Source: Vulcanimicrobiota bacterium
GTDB taxonomy: Bacteria > Vulcanimicrobiota > Vulcanimicrobiia > Vulcanimicrobiales > Vulcanimicrobiaceae
Length of the DNA: 64,000 nucleotides
Assembly: GCA_963812155.1 (NCBI GenBank)
Contig: CAWETW010000003.1
Span: 32,001 to 96,000, forward strand
Reading direction: 5' to 3'
Position numbers and translations under genes: made by a program. This document shows positions 1 through 9,719 of the stretch, piece after piece. How positions within the stretch are numbered: position 1 is the stretch's first letter; every line of letters starts with the position of its first letter. The notes beneath the pieces are model-generated. The model was not told the DNA's origin. It was given only the letters and a program-made list of their open reading frames with translations, and did not search any database.

Positions 1-906
1 CGCGACAACAAGGTGCTCGTTTTTTCCCGCGATGCCGGCGGAAACGCCGTACCCGTGGCGCAGATCGCCGGATCGAAGACGCATCTCGTCTATCCGCGCG
101 CGGTCGCGCTCGACGGCGATCGCAATCTCTACGTTTCCAACTATACGCCGCTCGAGAAGCAGCGCAACGTCGCCGTCTTCGCGCCCGGGGCGAACGGAGA
201 CGCGGTCCCGCTGCGCACGATCTCGGGACCGGCCACCGAGCTGATGGCGCCGAGCGCGCTTTCGCTGGATAGCGCGGGCAATCTCTACGTGGTCGATTCC
301 TACGGCGCCGCATCGGGTTGCTCGACTCCGACGCAAGGCTGCTGGGCGGTCAACGTGTACGCGGCGAAAGCCGCCGGCAACGTCGCGCCCGTGCGCAGCA
401 TCCGCGGTCCCGCAACGAAGCTGTTTTACGCGTACGGGTCGGCGGTCGACTCCAGCGGCAACGTCTACGTTGCCGACGGCTATCACGTCAACTGTTGCGT
501 GACCGTTTACGCCGCCGGCGCCAGCGGTAACGTCAAGCCGGTGCGAACGATTCAAGGTTCGCGAACGGATCTCGCGACGCCGGTCGGCGTCGCGCTCGAT
601 TCGCACGGAAACGTCTACGTGCTCAACGCCGAAGGCAGCCCTACGCGCAGCGTGACCGTGTATGCGGCGGGCGCCCACGGCAACGTCAAACCGATTCGCG
701 ATATCGTCGGACAGAATACCGGCCTCTACGCGGCTCCGGCGGGCATCGCCGTTGACGGCAGCGGCCGCGTCTACGTACTGCAGTCGGGAACGACCAACTC
801 CGTCTCGGTCTTCGCGCCCGGCGCCACCGGCGACGTCGCGCCGCTTCGGGTCATCGCCGGCAAGAATACGGGCATGGCGAACCCTTGGGCCATAGCGGTG
901 CGCTAA
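1..906 (+). CDS. NHL-repeat beta-propeller protein (5' partial)
   Basis: Frame open from base 1; ~50-aa repeats 'P.G.A.D..GN.YV....V.V(Y/F)A.GA.GNV.P.R.I.G..T.L'. Confidence 0.85.
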   Translation, partial: RDNKVLVFSRDAGGNAVPVAQIAGSKTHLVYPRAVALDGDRNLYVSNYTPLEKQRNVAVFAPGANGDAVPLRTISGPATELMAPSALSLDSAGNLYVVDSYGAASGCSTPTQGCWAVNVYAAKAAGNVAPVRSIRGPATKLFYAYGSAVDSSGNVYVADGYHVNCCVTVYAAGASGNVKPVRTIQGSRTDLATPVGVALDSHGNVYVLNAEGSPTRSVTVYAAGAHGNVKPIRDIVGQNTGLYAAPAGIAVDGSGRVYVLQSGTTNSVSVFAPGATGDVAPLRVIAGKNTGMANPWAIAVR

Positions 907-940
907 CGAATGCCTTGGTAAAACTCGAGAGGAAACGTTC

Positions 941-1324
941 GTGACGAAGTTTTTGCACACGTCGATTTTCGTCAACGACATGGACGAGTCGATTTCGTTC
1001 TACACCGATAAACTCGGCTTCAAACTACTCGGCGGTCCGCACCATTATCCCGGAAACTGCGATATGGCATTCGTCGGTCGCGATTGGAACGCGTACGTCG
1101 AACTCGTCTACGATCTGGAAGATCATCCGCCGTACGAACTGGGCAACCGGTACGAGCACTTGGCGGTCGAAGTGGAGGAAGATTTGAGCGAGTACGTAGA
1201 CGAACTCAAACGCAAAGGCGTCCGCATCCTTAAAGACGTTTACAAGTCGCCGAGCGGCACGCGTTCGATCGCCTTCGTCGAAGATCCCAACGGCATTCCC
1301 GTCGAGCTGCTCGAGCCGGCTTAG
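941..1324 (+). CDS. VOC/glyoxalase family protein (lactoylglutathione lyase-like)
   Basis: FLHTSIFVNDMDESISFY, ELVYD, YELGNRYEHLA, FVEDPNGIPVEL; AGGA upstream of GTG. Confidence 0.85.
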   Translation: MTKFLHTSIFVNDMDESISFYTDKLGFKLLGGPHHYPGNCDMAFVGRDWNAYVELVYDLEDHPPYELGNRYEHLAVEVEEDLSEYVDELKRKGVRILKDVYKSPSGTRSIAFVEDPNGIPVELLEPA

Positions 1325-1344
1325 ACTTCTCTCGGCGCCGTTCG

Positions 1345-2496
1345 TTAACGGTACGTAAAAGGATCGGCGGGCGGCGCGATGCGATCGATGCGCCGCGCGA
1401 CGAGTTGCGGCTCTCCGGCGGCGATGGCGACGTTGCCGTCTGCGCGCAGCCACGTTCCCGCCCCGAACGCCGGCGTCTTCGACAGGCGTACGACGACCGG
1501 TGCGGCATCTGCGCGGCAACAGGTTATCGCATAGCGCACGAGCGCGGCGGCATGCGATTGGCGCACGAGGGTTCCGGTGAACGTGACGCGCTCGCCGGGA
1601 AATGCGCCGGCCAGCGTCGTTTCGGTCGCGATGTATGCGGGCGGCGGCACGGCGACGAGCGCTCCGGCGAGCATCAGTGCCGGCGCCGGCAGCGCGCGCG
1701 GATCGCGACCGTAGCGGAATAGCACTGCGGTCGCGGCACAGGCGGCGGCGCAAACGAGCAGCGCGGCCGCGAGGGCGGGATGGACGAGCGCGTCGCCGTG
1801 CCGCAATCCGACGATCGCGAGCGCGAGCGCCAGCAGACAGGCGGCGAACGCATCGGGTTGCGGGAGGCGATGCGAGCGTTGCACGAGCGCGCGCACGTCG
1901 ACGACGCCGGCGACGCAGAGAAACGCCGATGCGGCGAGCGGTGCACGCTGGTGCAAGGCGGCAGCGATCGCCACCGCGCCGATTCCGCACGGCGAAGCGG
2001 TGAAGCCGAGCAGCGCGCCGCTCGCGATCTGCGCCGCGGGCGACAGCGAAGGGACTCCGGCGAAGATCGGCAGCTGTAAGACCGCGCCCGCGACGAGCGC
2101 CGCCGGCAACACTGCCGCAAGTTCGCCGAGCACATGTTCGCGGCAATGCGGCGCATCGTCGGGGGCGTGGGACGATTGCGAGCGTCGAAGGTGCGCGACG
2201 GCGGTTGCGGCGAGAAATCGCCCGATCGCCACCCCGGGCCCGAAGACGACCCACGTGATGGCGGCGGCCGGTATCGAGCGCGCCGCCGCTCCGCTCCCGC
2301 ATCCGCACCCGAAAAATGCCGCGGTGCCGGTGCGGTTGGTCATGCGTCCGAGCAAGACGCCGGCGAAGACGAACGGCGTCGCTTCGAAGAGCGTGCTCGC
2401 AGCGGTGGCAAGGACTCCGAACGGGACGCCGGGCGGTGCGGCCGCCGCCGCCGCAACGGCCGCTGCGACAAAAAACGCAGTGCGCATGCGCTGCAA
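1345..2496 (-). CDS. Fused DUF318-type permease / DUF1980 (YcgR-YcgQ-like) membrane protein
   Basis: Hydrophobic N-terminal part with EATPF, CGCG and SPCG motifs; C-terminal RYAITCCRADA...GTWLRADG...PADPFTY typical of DUF1980/TIGR03943. Confidence 0.65.
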   Translation of the reverse strand: MQRMRTAFFVAAAVAAAAAAPPGVPFGVLATAASTLFEATPFVFAGVLLGRMTNRTGTAAFFGCGCGSGAAARSIPAAAITWVVFGPGVAIGRFLAATAVAHLRRSQSSHAPDDAPHCREHVLGELAAVLPAALVAGAVLQLPIFAGVPSLSPAAQIASGALLGFTASPCGIGAVAIAAALHQRAPLAASAFLCVAGVVDVRALVQRSHRLPQPDAFAACLLALALAIVGLRHGDALVHPALAAALLVCAAACAATAVLFRYGRDPRALPAPALMLAGALVAVPPPAYIATETTLAGAFPGERVTFTGTLVRQSHAAALVRYAITCCRADAAPVVVRLSKTPAFGAGTWLRADGNVAIAAGEPQLVARRIDRIAPPADPFTYR

Positions 2497-2572
2497 TCCC
2501 TCGCGTGGCGGGCGGCGTCAACCGCGCCGTCGCCGTCCGGGAACCGCGGCGGCGCCCGCGAACTCCCGCGCC

Positions 2573-2845
2573 ATGCAGCGGAGCGCCGCCGGCGGAAAAA
2601 TCTTCGAGGCGGCGGTGTGGACGCTCGCCGCCGTCGCGGCGTGCTATCTCTTGATCGGCGCGTACTACGGGTTTTTCGTCGGCAGAACGATTCACGACGT
2701 CAAGGCGTCGAATCCGGTTGCGGCGATGGTCGCCAATGCCGCCGGCCGTACGGCATCCGAACAGTTCGCGATCGCCAAGCTGAGAATTCCGGCATATATC
2801 GTACGCGCGCCGACCTTCTGGATGGCGTTGCGATTTAACGAATAA
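2573..2845 (+). CDS. Small hypothetical membrane protein
   Basis: ATG 2573, one TM segment (AAVWTLAAVAACYLLIGAYYGFFVG); stop overlaps the hisS start (TAATG). Confidence 0.6.
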   Translation: MQRSAAGGKIFEAAVWTLAAVAACYLLIGAYYGFFVGRTIHDVKASNPVAAMVANAAGRTASEQFAIAKLRIPAYIVRAPTFWMALRFNE

Positions 2846-4122
2846 TGCCTGCAAACTTCGCCGCTCCGCGCGGAACTCAAGACGTTCTTCCGCCCGCTTC
2901 CCGGGCCTGGAGCGCGCTGGAATCGCGCATTCGGACGCTCGCGGAACGCTTCGGATACGGCGAAATCCGCACGCCGCTTTTCGAATCCGCCGGCCTCTTC
3001 GTGCGTGGCGTCGGCGACACGACCGACATCGTCGAAAAGGAAATGTATCGGTTCGTGGATCGCGGCGGCCGGGAGGTCGCGCTGCGCCCGGAATGGACGG
3101 CGCCGGTCGTGCGCGCGGCACTCGAACGCCATCTCTTCGCGCAGGGTCCGCTGCGCTTGTACTACATCGGACCGATCTTCCGCTACGAGCGCCCGCAGAA
3201 AGGACGCTACCGGCAATCGCATCAGTTCGGCGTCGAGTGTTTCGGCCACGCGGGACCCGAAGCCGACGTCGAAGTCATTGCGCTGGCCTGGGAACTCGTG
3301 CGCGGTTGCGGCATTGCCGACGCAACGCTGCGTCTCAACACGCTGGGCGACGCCGAATGCCGGCCGCGCTACCGTCAAGCGCTGCTCGAACATTTTCGTC
3401 CCAATCTGGCGTCGCTGAGCGAAGATTCGCAACGGCGTCTCGAGCGCAATCCGCTCCGGCTGCTCGACAGCAAAGATCCCGCCGACCGGCCGCTGGTTGA
3501 AACCGCGCCGTCGCAAGAGTCGATGCTCTGCGCGGCGTGCCGCGAGCACTTCGAAGCCGTCAAAGCGTATCTCGACGTCGCCGGGATTCCGTTTTCCGTC
3601 GATCCGCGCATCGTGCGCGGTCTCGACTACTACAACCGCACCGTCTTCGAAATCACATCGAATTTACTCGGCGCCCAGAGTGCCGTTTGCGGGGGCGGCC
3701 GCTACGACGGCCTGGTGCGCTCGCTCGGTGGGCCCGACGTGCCGGCGGTGGGGTTTGCGCTCGGGCTGGAGCGCTTCTTGCTCGTGTTGGAGGCGTCCGG
3801 GGTCGCCGAGGAGACGCCGCGGCGCGGCGTCCAGGCGATCGCGCTCGGGCCGCAGGCAAGGGGAGCCCTGGTGCCGGTCGTCGCAGCCTTCCGCCGCATG
3901 CTCGATGTTCCGACCTACGCCGACTACGAGGAGCGCAAACTGCTGGCGCACCTGAAGATTGCCGATCGCAACCGCGCGCGTTTCGCGCTGATACTCGGAA
4001 CCGAAGAACTCGCTTCGGGCGCTCTCGTCTTGCGAGACCTCGAGCGGCGCACCGACCTGCCGCTTCCCCTGGGCTCCCCTAAAGACGTTGTTGCAGCGTT
4101 CGTAGAAGCGACGAGTAAGTAG
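2845..4122 (+). CDS. hisS: Histidine--tRNA ligase
   Basis: PRGTQD, TPLFE, EKEMY, LRPEWTA, FRYERPQKGRYRQ, RGLDYY, GGGRYDGL. Confidence 0.97.
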   Translation: MPANFAAPRGTQDVLPPASRAWSALESRIRTLAERFGYGEIRTPLFESAGLFVRGVGDTTDIVEKEMYRFVDRGGREVALRPEWTAPVVRAALERHLFAQGPLRLYYIGPIFRYERPQKGRYRQSHQFGVECFGHAGPEADVEVIALAWELVRGCGIADATLRLNTLGDAECRPRYRQALLEHFRPNLASLSEDSQRRLERNPLRLLDSKDPADRPLVETAPSQESMLCAACREHFEAVKAYLDVAGIPFSVDPRIVRGLDYYNRTVFEITSNLLGAQSAVCGGGRYDGLVRSLGGPDVPAVGFALGLERFLLVLEASGVAEETPRRGVQAIALGPQARGALVPVVAAFRRMLDVPTYADYEERKLLAHLKIADRNRARFALILGTEELASGALVLRDLERRTDLPLPLGSPKDVVAAFVEATSK

Positions 4123-4123
4123 C

Positions 4124-4570
4124 ATGACCGACGATCACGAAAGCGAGCAACGGACCCTCCGCGAGTTGCTGGCGCTCATGCGCGAGCACGATCTCGACCG
4201 CGTCAAAATCAAGCTTGGTGACGCGGTCTTCGAAATCGACCGCCGGGTTCCGAACGATCCGGCTCGCGCCGCCGCCTCCGCAACGCCGGCGGCTGCGGAC
4301 GGCAACGAGGCGGTTCCGGTAGCCGGGCCGCTGGTCAAGCGCGTCACCGCGCCGCTGACCGGCGTCTTCTATAGCGCGGCTTCGCCCGATGCGGAACCGT
4401 TCGTTGCCGTGGGCGACCGCGTTTCTGCCGGCGACGTGCTGTGCATCCTCGAGGCGATGAAGCTCTTCAACGAAATTCAAAGCGACTACGCCGGGACGGT
4501 CGCGCGCATTCTGCCCGAGAACGGCGAACTGGTCTCACAAGGCGCGGATCTTTTTTGGATCGAGCCGTGA
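4124..4570 (+). CDS. accB: Acetyl-CoA carboxylase biotin carboxyl carrier protein
   Basis: APLTGVFY, biotinylation motif EAMKLFNEI. Confidence 0.92.
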   Translation: MTDDHESEQRTLRELLALMREHDLDRVKIKLGDAVFEIDRRVPNDPARAAASATPAAADGNEAVPVAGPLVKRVTAPLTGVFYSAASPDAEPFVAVGDRVSAGDVLCILEAMKLFNEIQSDYAGTVARILPENGELVSQGADLFWIEP

Positions 4571-5160
4571 CCGGCGTCATGGGGCGGCGCGGTTTCGAAG
4601 AACTGCTCGCCGACCGGCGCGGTTTGCTCGACGCCCCGCATTACCGCGCACAAGTCGAGTCGATTGCGGATGCCGTCGTCGCCGCGCTGCGTGCCGGCAA
4701 CAAGGTGCTGTGGTGTGGAAACGGCGGCAGTGCGGCCGAAGCGCAGCACATGGCGGCCGAGCTTTCGGGACGATTTCTACGCGAGCGTCCCGGCCTGCAC
4801 AGCGAAGCGTTATCGGTGAACTCCTCGACGCTGACGAGCATCGGCAACGATTATGGCTACGAACACGTCTTTTCGCGACAGGTCGAAGCCTTCGCGCAAC
4901 CGGGCGACGTCGTCATCGGCATGACGACCAGCGGGGCGTCTGCGAACGTCGTGCTGGCGCTCAAGGCCGCAAAACGCCGGGGCGCAACCGCCGTCGCGTT
5001 TACCGGCAACGGCGGAGGCCGCGTCGCGGAGGTTGCCGACTTGTCGCTGGTTGGTCCCGACGGCTACGCGGCCATCGTTCAGGAAGTGCATCAAGTCATG
5101 GCGCACATCGTCTGCGATCTCGTGGAGCAGCGTCTGATTTTCGACGACGGAATGACGTAG
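4567..5160 (+). CDS. gmhA: D-sedoheptulose-7-phosphate isomerase
   Basis: CGNGGSAAEAQH, NDYGY..VFSRQVEA, TTSG.S.NV, VQEVH; GTG overlaps accB stop (alternative ATG 4579). Confidence 0.93.
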   Translation: MTGVMGRRGFEELLADRRGLLDAPHYRAQVESIADAVVAALRAGNKVLWCGNGGSAAEAQHMAAELSGRFLRERPGLHSEALSVNSSTLTSIGNDYGYEHVFSRQVEAFAQPGDVVIGMTTSGASANVVLALKAAKRRGATAVAFTGNGGGRVAEVADLSLVGPDGYAAIVQEVHQVMAHIVCDLVEQRLIFDDGMT

Positions 5161-6140
5161 TGTCGCGACTGGGCCGCAAGCAAGCGCGAGCGCTTCTCCA
5201 CAAACTGCACGGCAAAAAGGTGCTCGTCGTCGGCGACGTGATGATCGACGAGTGGGTGTGGGGAACCGTTACGCGCATTTCTCCGGAGGCTCCGGTGCCG
5301 GTCGTTGCGGTGTCGAATCACTCGTTTACGTTGGGGGGCGCCGGAAACGTCGCCAACAATCTTCGAGCGCTGGGCGCCGACGTCTCGATCGTCGGTACGG
5401 TCGGCGACGACGACTTCGCCGGACAAGTTCGTTCGCTTCTGCGAAAACAGAAAGTCGATTCGGAGGGTTTGCTCGCGCTCAAGGGGCGCCCGACGACGCG
5501 AAAAACACGCGTCGTCGCGCACAATCAGCAGGTCGTTCGGGCCGATTGGGAACGCGTGAGCGCGCCTGCGGCGGCGCCCCGTAAAAAAATCGTCAACGCC
5601 GTGCGCGCGCGCGCGCGAAATGCCGATGCGGTGATCTTCAGCGACTACGGGAAGGGATTGCTGAGCCGCGATATCGTCGACGCCGCGTCGCGTTGCCCGT
5701 TCGTGCTGGCCGATCCGAAACCGCAGAACATCACCGTCTTCGCCGGGGTCACGTGCGTCGCTCCCAATGCCGCGGAAGCCTCCGCGATTACCGGAATACC
5801 GCTGAGCGGCGACGATTCGGTGATGGCAATGGGCCGCGCGCTGCTCCGCCTGCTCGATTGCCGGTACGTCGTCATCACCGTGGGCGAACACGGCATGACG
5901 CTGTTCCAACGCACCGGCGCACCGCTTAATATACCGTCGGTGGCGCGCACGGTTTTCGATGTCAGCGGCGCCGGCGACACCGTCATTGCCGTGCTCGCGC
6001 TCGCGCTTGCCGCGGGTGCAGCCATCGAACAGGCCGTCGAACTCGCCAACTTTGCCGCGGGAGCGGTCGTCGAGAAACTGGGTACCGCCACGGCGTCTGC
6101 GGACGAAATCCTCGCGCTGGTCGAGCACGCGCGTGCGTGA
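5160..6140 (+). CDS. rfaE1: D-glycero-beta-D-manno-heptose-7-phosphate kinase (RfaE domain I)
   Basis: VLVVGDVMIDE, RISPEAPVPV, GGAGNVA, SDYGKG, DVSGAGDTV. Confidence 0.92.
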   Translation: MSRLGRKQARALLHKLHGKKVLVVGDVMIDEWVWGTVTRISPEAPVPVVAVSNHSFTLGGAGNVANNLRALGADVSIVGTVGDDDFAGQVRSLLRKQKVDSEGLLALKGRPTTRKTRVVAHNQQVVRADWERVSAPAAAPRKKIVNAVRARARNADAVIFSDYGKGLLSRDIVDAASRCPFVLADPKPQNITVFAGVTCVAPNAAEASAITGIPLSGDDSVMAMGRALLRLLDCRYVVITVGEHGMTLFQRTGAPLNIPSVARTVFDVSGAGDTVIAVLALALAAGAAIEQAVELANFAAGAVVEKLGTATASADEILALVEHARA

Positions 6141-6630
6141 ACCGTTTGGAAAGCTGCTCGGCGTCGACGACGCCGTCGCCTGGCGGCAACGATTGCGCGA
6201 CGAGGGCCGCCGCGTCGTTTTCACCAACGGCTGCTTCGACGTGCTGCATGCCGGCCACGTGACCTATCTCGCGTGGGCGCGGGAACAGGGCGACGCGTTG
6301 ATCGTAGGCCTGAACGGCGACGATTCCGTGCGTGCGATCAAAGGCGAAGCGCGTCCAATCGTCGCGTTCGAGCAACGGGCGACGGTGCTGCTCGCGTTGC
6401 GCAGCGTCGATGCCGTCGTCGGGTTCTCGGAGCGCACGCCGGAAGTGCTGCTCGACCGCATCCGTCCCGACGTGCACGTCAAGAGCGATCAGTACGACGA
6501 AGCCGATCTTCCCGAACGCACGGTCGTGCTGCAGCACGGTGGCCGCATCGCGCTCGCGCCGCACGCCGCGGGCTTCAGCACGACCGACACGATCGCGCGC
6601 ATCTTAGATGCGTATCGCCGTCACGGCTAA
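6133..6630 (+). CDS. rfaE2: D-glycero-beta-D-manno-heptose-1-phosphate adenylyltransferase (RfaE domain II)
   Basis: VVFTNGCFDVLHAGH, VGLNGDDSV, GFSTT. Confidence 0.92.
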   Translation: MREPFGKLLGVDDAVAWRQRLRDEGRRVVFTNGCFDVLHAGHVTYLAWAREQGDALIVGLNGDDSVRAIKGEARPIVAFEQRATVLLALRSVDAVVGFSERTPEVLLDRIRPDVHVKSDQYDEADLPERTVVLQHGGRIALAPHAAGFSTTDTIARILDAYRRHG

Positions 6631-7822
6631 CGGCCCCGGCGAAGTTGCCGGATGGCTGCGGCCGCTGTTGCGTTCGCTCTACGAGCGCGCGCCCGGCGCG
6701 GAGGTGCACGTCTTTCTCGTTCCCGACGATTACGCTACCGGCCGGGAAGCGGAAACCGTGCGCGCGCTTTTTCCGCAAGCGTTTGCTTACGATCCCAAGA
6801 CGTATCTGAGATTCGCGCTCGGGCGAAACGTTATTGGCATCCCGCGCAGCGTCGACGCGGTGCAGTACGCGGGCGGCGACTTGCTGCACGCAGCGCGTCT
6901 GCACGCGCGCCTGAAGGGCAAGGCTGCCACGTATAAGTTCTCCCGCCGGCGTTATCGCACGCTCTTCGACCGCGCGTTCGCCGTCGATCGCTCGAACGCC
7001 GAACAACTCGAGGCGTGGGGCACGCCGCCGGAACGCATCGAGTGCGTCGGCAATCTCGCGGTCGACGGCGCGCTGCTCGAAGCGCAGGCGCCGCCCGAGG
7101 CCGGGACGCCCGAAGACGGAATTCTCGTGATGCCCGGCTCGCGCGCGTACGAAGTAGAAAACCTCATTCCGTTTTACTTCACGGCCGCGCTGCGGATGGT
7201 GCGCGAGCGCCCGGAACTGCCGATCGCATTCGGCATCTCCCCGTTCACGCCGCTCGCGCAGGTGCGCGCTTCCATCGAACGCGGCGGCGATCCGCGCGTC
7301 TTCGCGCAGCGAGGGCGTTTGGCGTTCGAAGGCGATCGCCCGTTTTTGGAATCGCTCGACGGCGCCACCCGGATTCCGGTGCTGTTCAACGCGCTCGCGG
7401 CGGCCCGCCGCGCGCGGTTCGTGTTGACGATTCCCGGAACGAAGACCATCGAGTTGGCCGTCCTCGGTAAACCCGCGCTGACGATCACGCCGCTCAACGC
7501 TCCCGAAATCATTGCCTTCAACGGACCGCTGACCTATCTCGACCGCGTGCCGTTGATCGGAGTGCCGCTGAAGCGTGCCGTAGCGGTCGGGATATCGCAG
7601 CGCTTCCGCTTTCACACGCAGCCGAACATCGACGCAGGGGCGATGCTCGTTTGGGAAGTGCACGGAACCGTGACGCCGGGCCGCATCGCGCGCGTCGCAC
7701 TCGAGCGCTACGACGATCGCGAATGGATCGCGGCGACCGGCACGCGGCTCGCCTCCCTCTATGCCGGACACGCCGGCGCCGCCGACCGCATGGCGCGATC
7801 GCTCGTGGAACTCTGCGTGTGA
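6608..7822 (+). CDS. Lipid-A-disaccharide synthase (LpxB)-related protein
   Basis: TANGPGEVAGW, VGNL, MPGSR..EV, TIPGTKTIELAVLGKP, PNI: GT-B pattern of LpxB-like proteins. Confidence 0.7.
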   Translation: MRIAVTANGPGEVAGWLRPLLRSLYERAPGAEVHVFLVPDDYATGREAETVRALFPQAFAYDPKTYLRFALGRNVIGIPRSVDAVQYAGGDLLHAARLHARLKGKAATYKFSRRRYRTLFDRAFAVDRSNAEQLEAWGTPPERIECVGNLAVDGALLEAQAPPEAGTPEDGILVMPGSRAYEVENLIPFYFTAALRMVRERPELPIAFGISPFTPLAQVRASIERGGDPRVFAQRGRLAFEGDRPFLESLDGATRIPVLFNALAAARRARFVLTIPGTKTIELAVLGKPALTITPLNAPEIIAFNGPLTYLDRVPLIGVPLKRAVAVGISQRFRFHTQPNIDAGAMLVWEVHGTVTPGRIARVALERYDDREWIAATGTRLASLYAGHAGAADRMARSLVELCV

Positions 7823-8715
7823 CCGCGGTCATCGCGGTCGTGATCGCCACCAAGGACCGCGCCGGGTTCCTCGAGCGCGCGCTCGATTCGCTCGCGTCGC
7901 AAACGCTGGCGGCGCCGTTCGAAACGGTCGTTGCCGACAACGGTTCCAGCGACGCGACGCGCGAAATCGTCGCGCGCTTCGCGGAGCGTGCGCCGTTCGC
8001 GGTCGAGTACGTCTACGAAGCCGTGCCCAATCGCGGCCGCGCGCGCAACCGGGCCGTTGCCGCGGCAAGCGCCGGACTCATCGCCTTCTGCGACGACGAC
8101 GTGAAGGCACCGCCGGGGTGGCTCGCCGCACACGTCGCCGCGCACGCCGGCGGCGCGTCGCGCATCGTCAACGGACCGATTCTCAACGTGCCCTCGTACG
8201 ATAGCGAACCGAAGGCGACGGCGGCAAACTTTTCGCGAGCGTCGCTCTGCACGTGCAACGCGTCGCTTCCCCGCGCGGCGTTCGAGTCGGTCGGCGGATT
8301 CGACGAATCGTTCGATCTCTACGGGTGGGAGGACAGCGAACTGGGCGTGCGGCTGCGCGAGGCCGGCGTCGGCTGGAGGTTCGCCTGGGATGCCGCCATC
8401 TGGCACGTCAAACCGCCCGGCTACGATACGCTCGAGGCACAGACGGGCAAAGCAATCGAAAAGGCGCGCATGGCGCGCCGGTTTCTCGAAAAGCACCCGT
8501 CGCGTCGCGCGAGAATGGCCACCGGCGCGCACGCGCTCAACCTGCTGCGCGCGCGTCTGCTGCCCGAATGGCTGCCCGCAACGCTTGCGGGCATCGCCGG
8601 CGACGCTCGAACGCCGTCGTGGCTGAAAGCGATCGCGCGCGCGCAGTTTCTCGACGCGATCTACTCGCGGGAATTGATTCGGACGCTCGACGGGAACGCG
8701 CGGCGCGCTCCGTGA
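7819..8715 (+). CDS. Glycosyltransferase family 2
   Basis: VVIATKDR, DNGSSD, FCDDD, GGFDESFDLYGWEDSELG. Confidence 0.9.
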   Translation: MTAVIAVVIATKDRAGFLERALDSLASQTLAAPFETVVADNGSSDATREIVARFAERAPFAVEYVYEAVPNRGRARNRAVAAASAGLIAFCDDDVKAPPGWLAAHVAAHAGGASRIVNGPILNVPSYDSEPKATAANFSRASLCTCNASLPRAAFESVGGFDESFDLYGWEDSELGVRLREAGVGWRFAWDAAIWHVKPPGYDTLEAQTGKAIEKARMARRFLEKHPSRRARMATGAHALNLLRARLLPEWLPATLAGIAGDARTPSWLKAIARAQFLDAIYSRELIRTLDGNARRAP

Positions 8716-9713
8716 GCCGCGCGCTGCTCTACTGTGCCGGCGGCGGCATCGGCGATTCGCTGGTCGCGTCGATCGTCGGACGCGCACTCAAACAGCGGTA
8801 TCAGCGCGTCGACGCGCTCACCCTTCCGGGTCATCGCGAAACCCTCGAGCGCGTGCCGGATATCGACGCTGTACTGACCGACGCGGGCGGCGACGAACGC
8901 ACGCTCGCGGAAGAACTCGCCGGACGTTCATACGATGCGTGCGTGGTGACGTGGGCGACGGCGCGCACGGCCCGCATCCCCCAACTGGCGCGCATTCCGG
9001 TGCGCGTAGGGCAGGCGCGCCGGCTCTATTCGCACCGCTTCACCAATCGCGTCGCGGTGCGCAGCGAAACCGGCGACGTGACGTCGCACTGGTCGGATAT
9101 TTTGCTCGATTATGCCCGCGCTCTCGGATGCGATACCGAAGGCGGCTACCGGTTCGTTCCGACCGAGGCCGACGAACGGGCGGCCGCCGCCGCTGCCGCG
9201 TCGCTGCGGTCCAACGGCGATCGCGGCTTCGTCATCCTCAACCCCTGCAACGCGATTGCGTCGCGCGGCTTCTGGCCGGTCGAGGGATGGGCGTCGCTCG
9301 GGCAAGCGCTTTACCGGCGTTTCGGCCTTCCGCTGGTCGTCAGCGGCGGTCCCGCAGACGTACCCGTCGCGGAGCGGCTCGTTTCCGAAATCGCCAGCGC
9401 AACGCCGGTCGCGTCGATTGCGGGAACCCTCGGCATCGGCGCGTTCGGCGCGCTCGCGCGCCGCGCGCGTTTGTTCGCCGGCATCACGACCGGATCGATG
9501 CACGTGACCGCAGCCGTCGGTTGCCCCACCGTCGGAATTTTTCCGTTTCAAAGCGACTTTCCCGAACGGTGGGCGCCGCTCGGTCCGCGCACCGCGGTGG
9601 TGCGCCCCTCGTACCCCTGTCATCGCGGCGACACGAAAGAGCGCTGCCCGGACTACGCGTGCGTCGCGAATCTCGACGTCGCGCGAATCCTCGCGGCCGC
9701 GGAGAGCGTTTAG
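8712..9713 (+). CDS. Glycosyltransferase family 9 (heptosyltransferase-like)
   Basis: GGIGDSLV, ILNP, WP..GW, TTGSMHVTAAVGCPTVGIF, RWAP. Confidence 0.88.
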   Translation: MSRALLYCAGGGIGDSLVASIVGRALKQRYQRVDALTLPGHRETLERVPDIDAVLTDAGGDERTLAEELAGRSYDACVVTWATARTARIPQLARIPVRVGQARRLYSHRFTNRVAVRSETGDVTSHWSDILLDYARALGCDTEGGYRFVPTEADERAAAAAAASLRSNGDRGFVILNPCNAIASRGFWPVEGWASLGQALYRRFGLPLVVSGGPADVPVAERLVSEIASATPVASIAGTLGIGAFGALARRARLFAGITTGSMHVTAAVGCPTVGIFPFQSDFPERWAPLGPRTAVVRPSYPCHRGDTKERCPDYACVANLDVARILAAAESV

Positions 9714-9719
9714 ACAATC

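Noticed and set aside
1025..3121. Long antisense or alternative-frame ORFs (e.g. 1025-3121, 8928-10679, 10418-12601, 19632-21458, 36556-38805, 47540-49513)
   Set aside because: Arg/Ala/Pro-rich shadow ORFs opposite well-supported genes, expected at this GC content.
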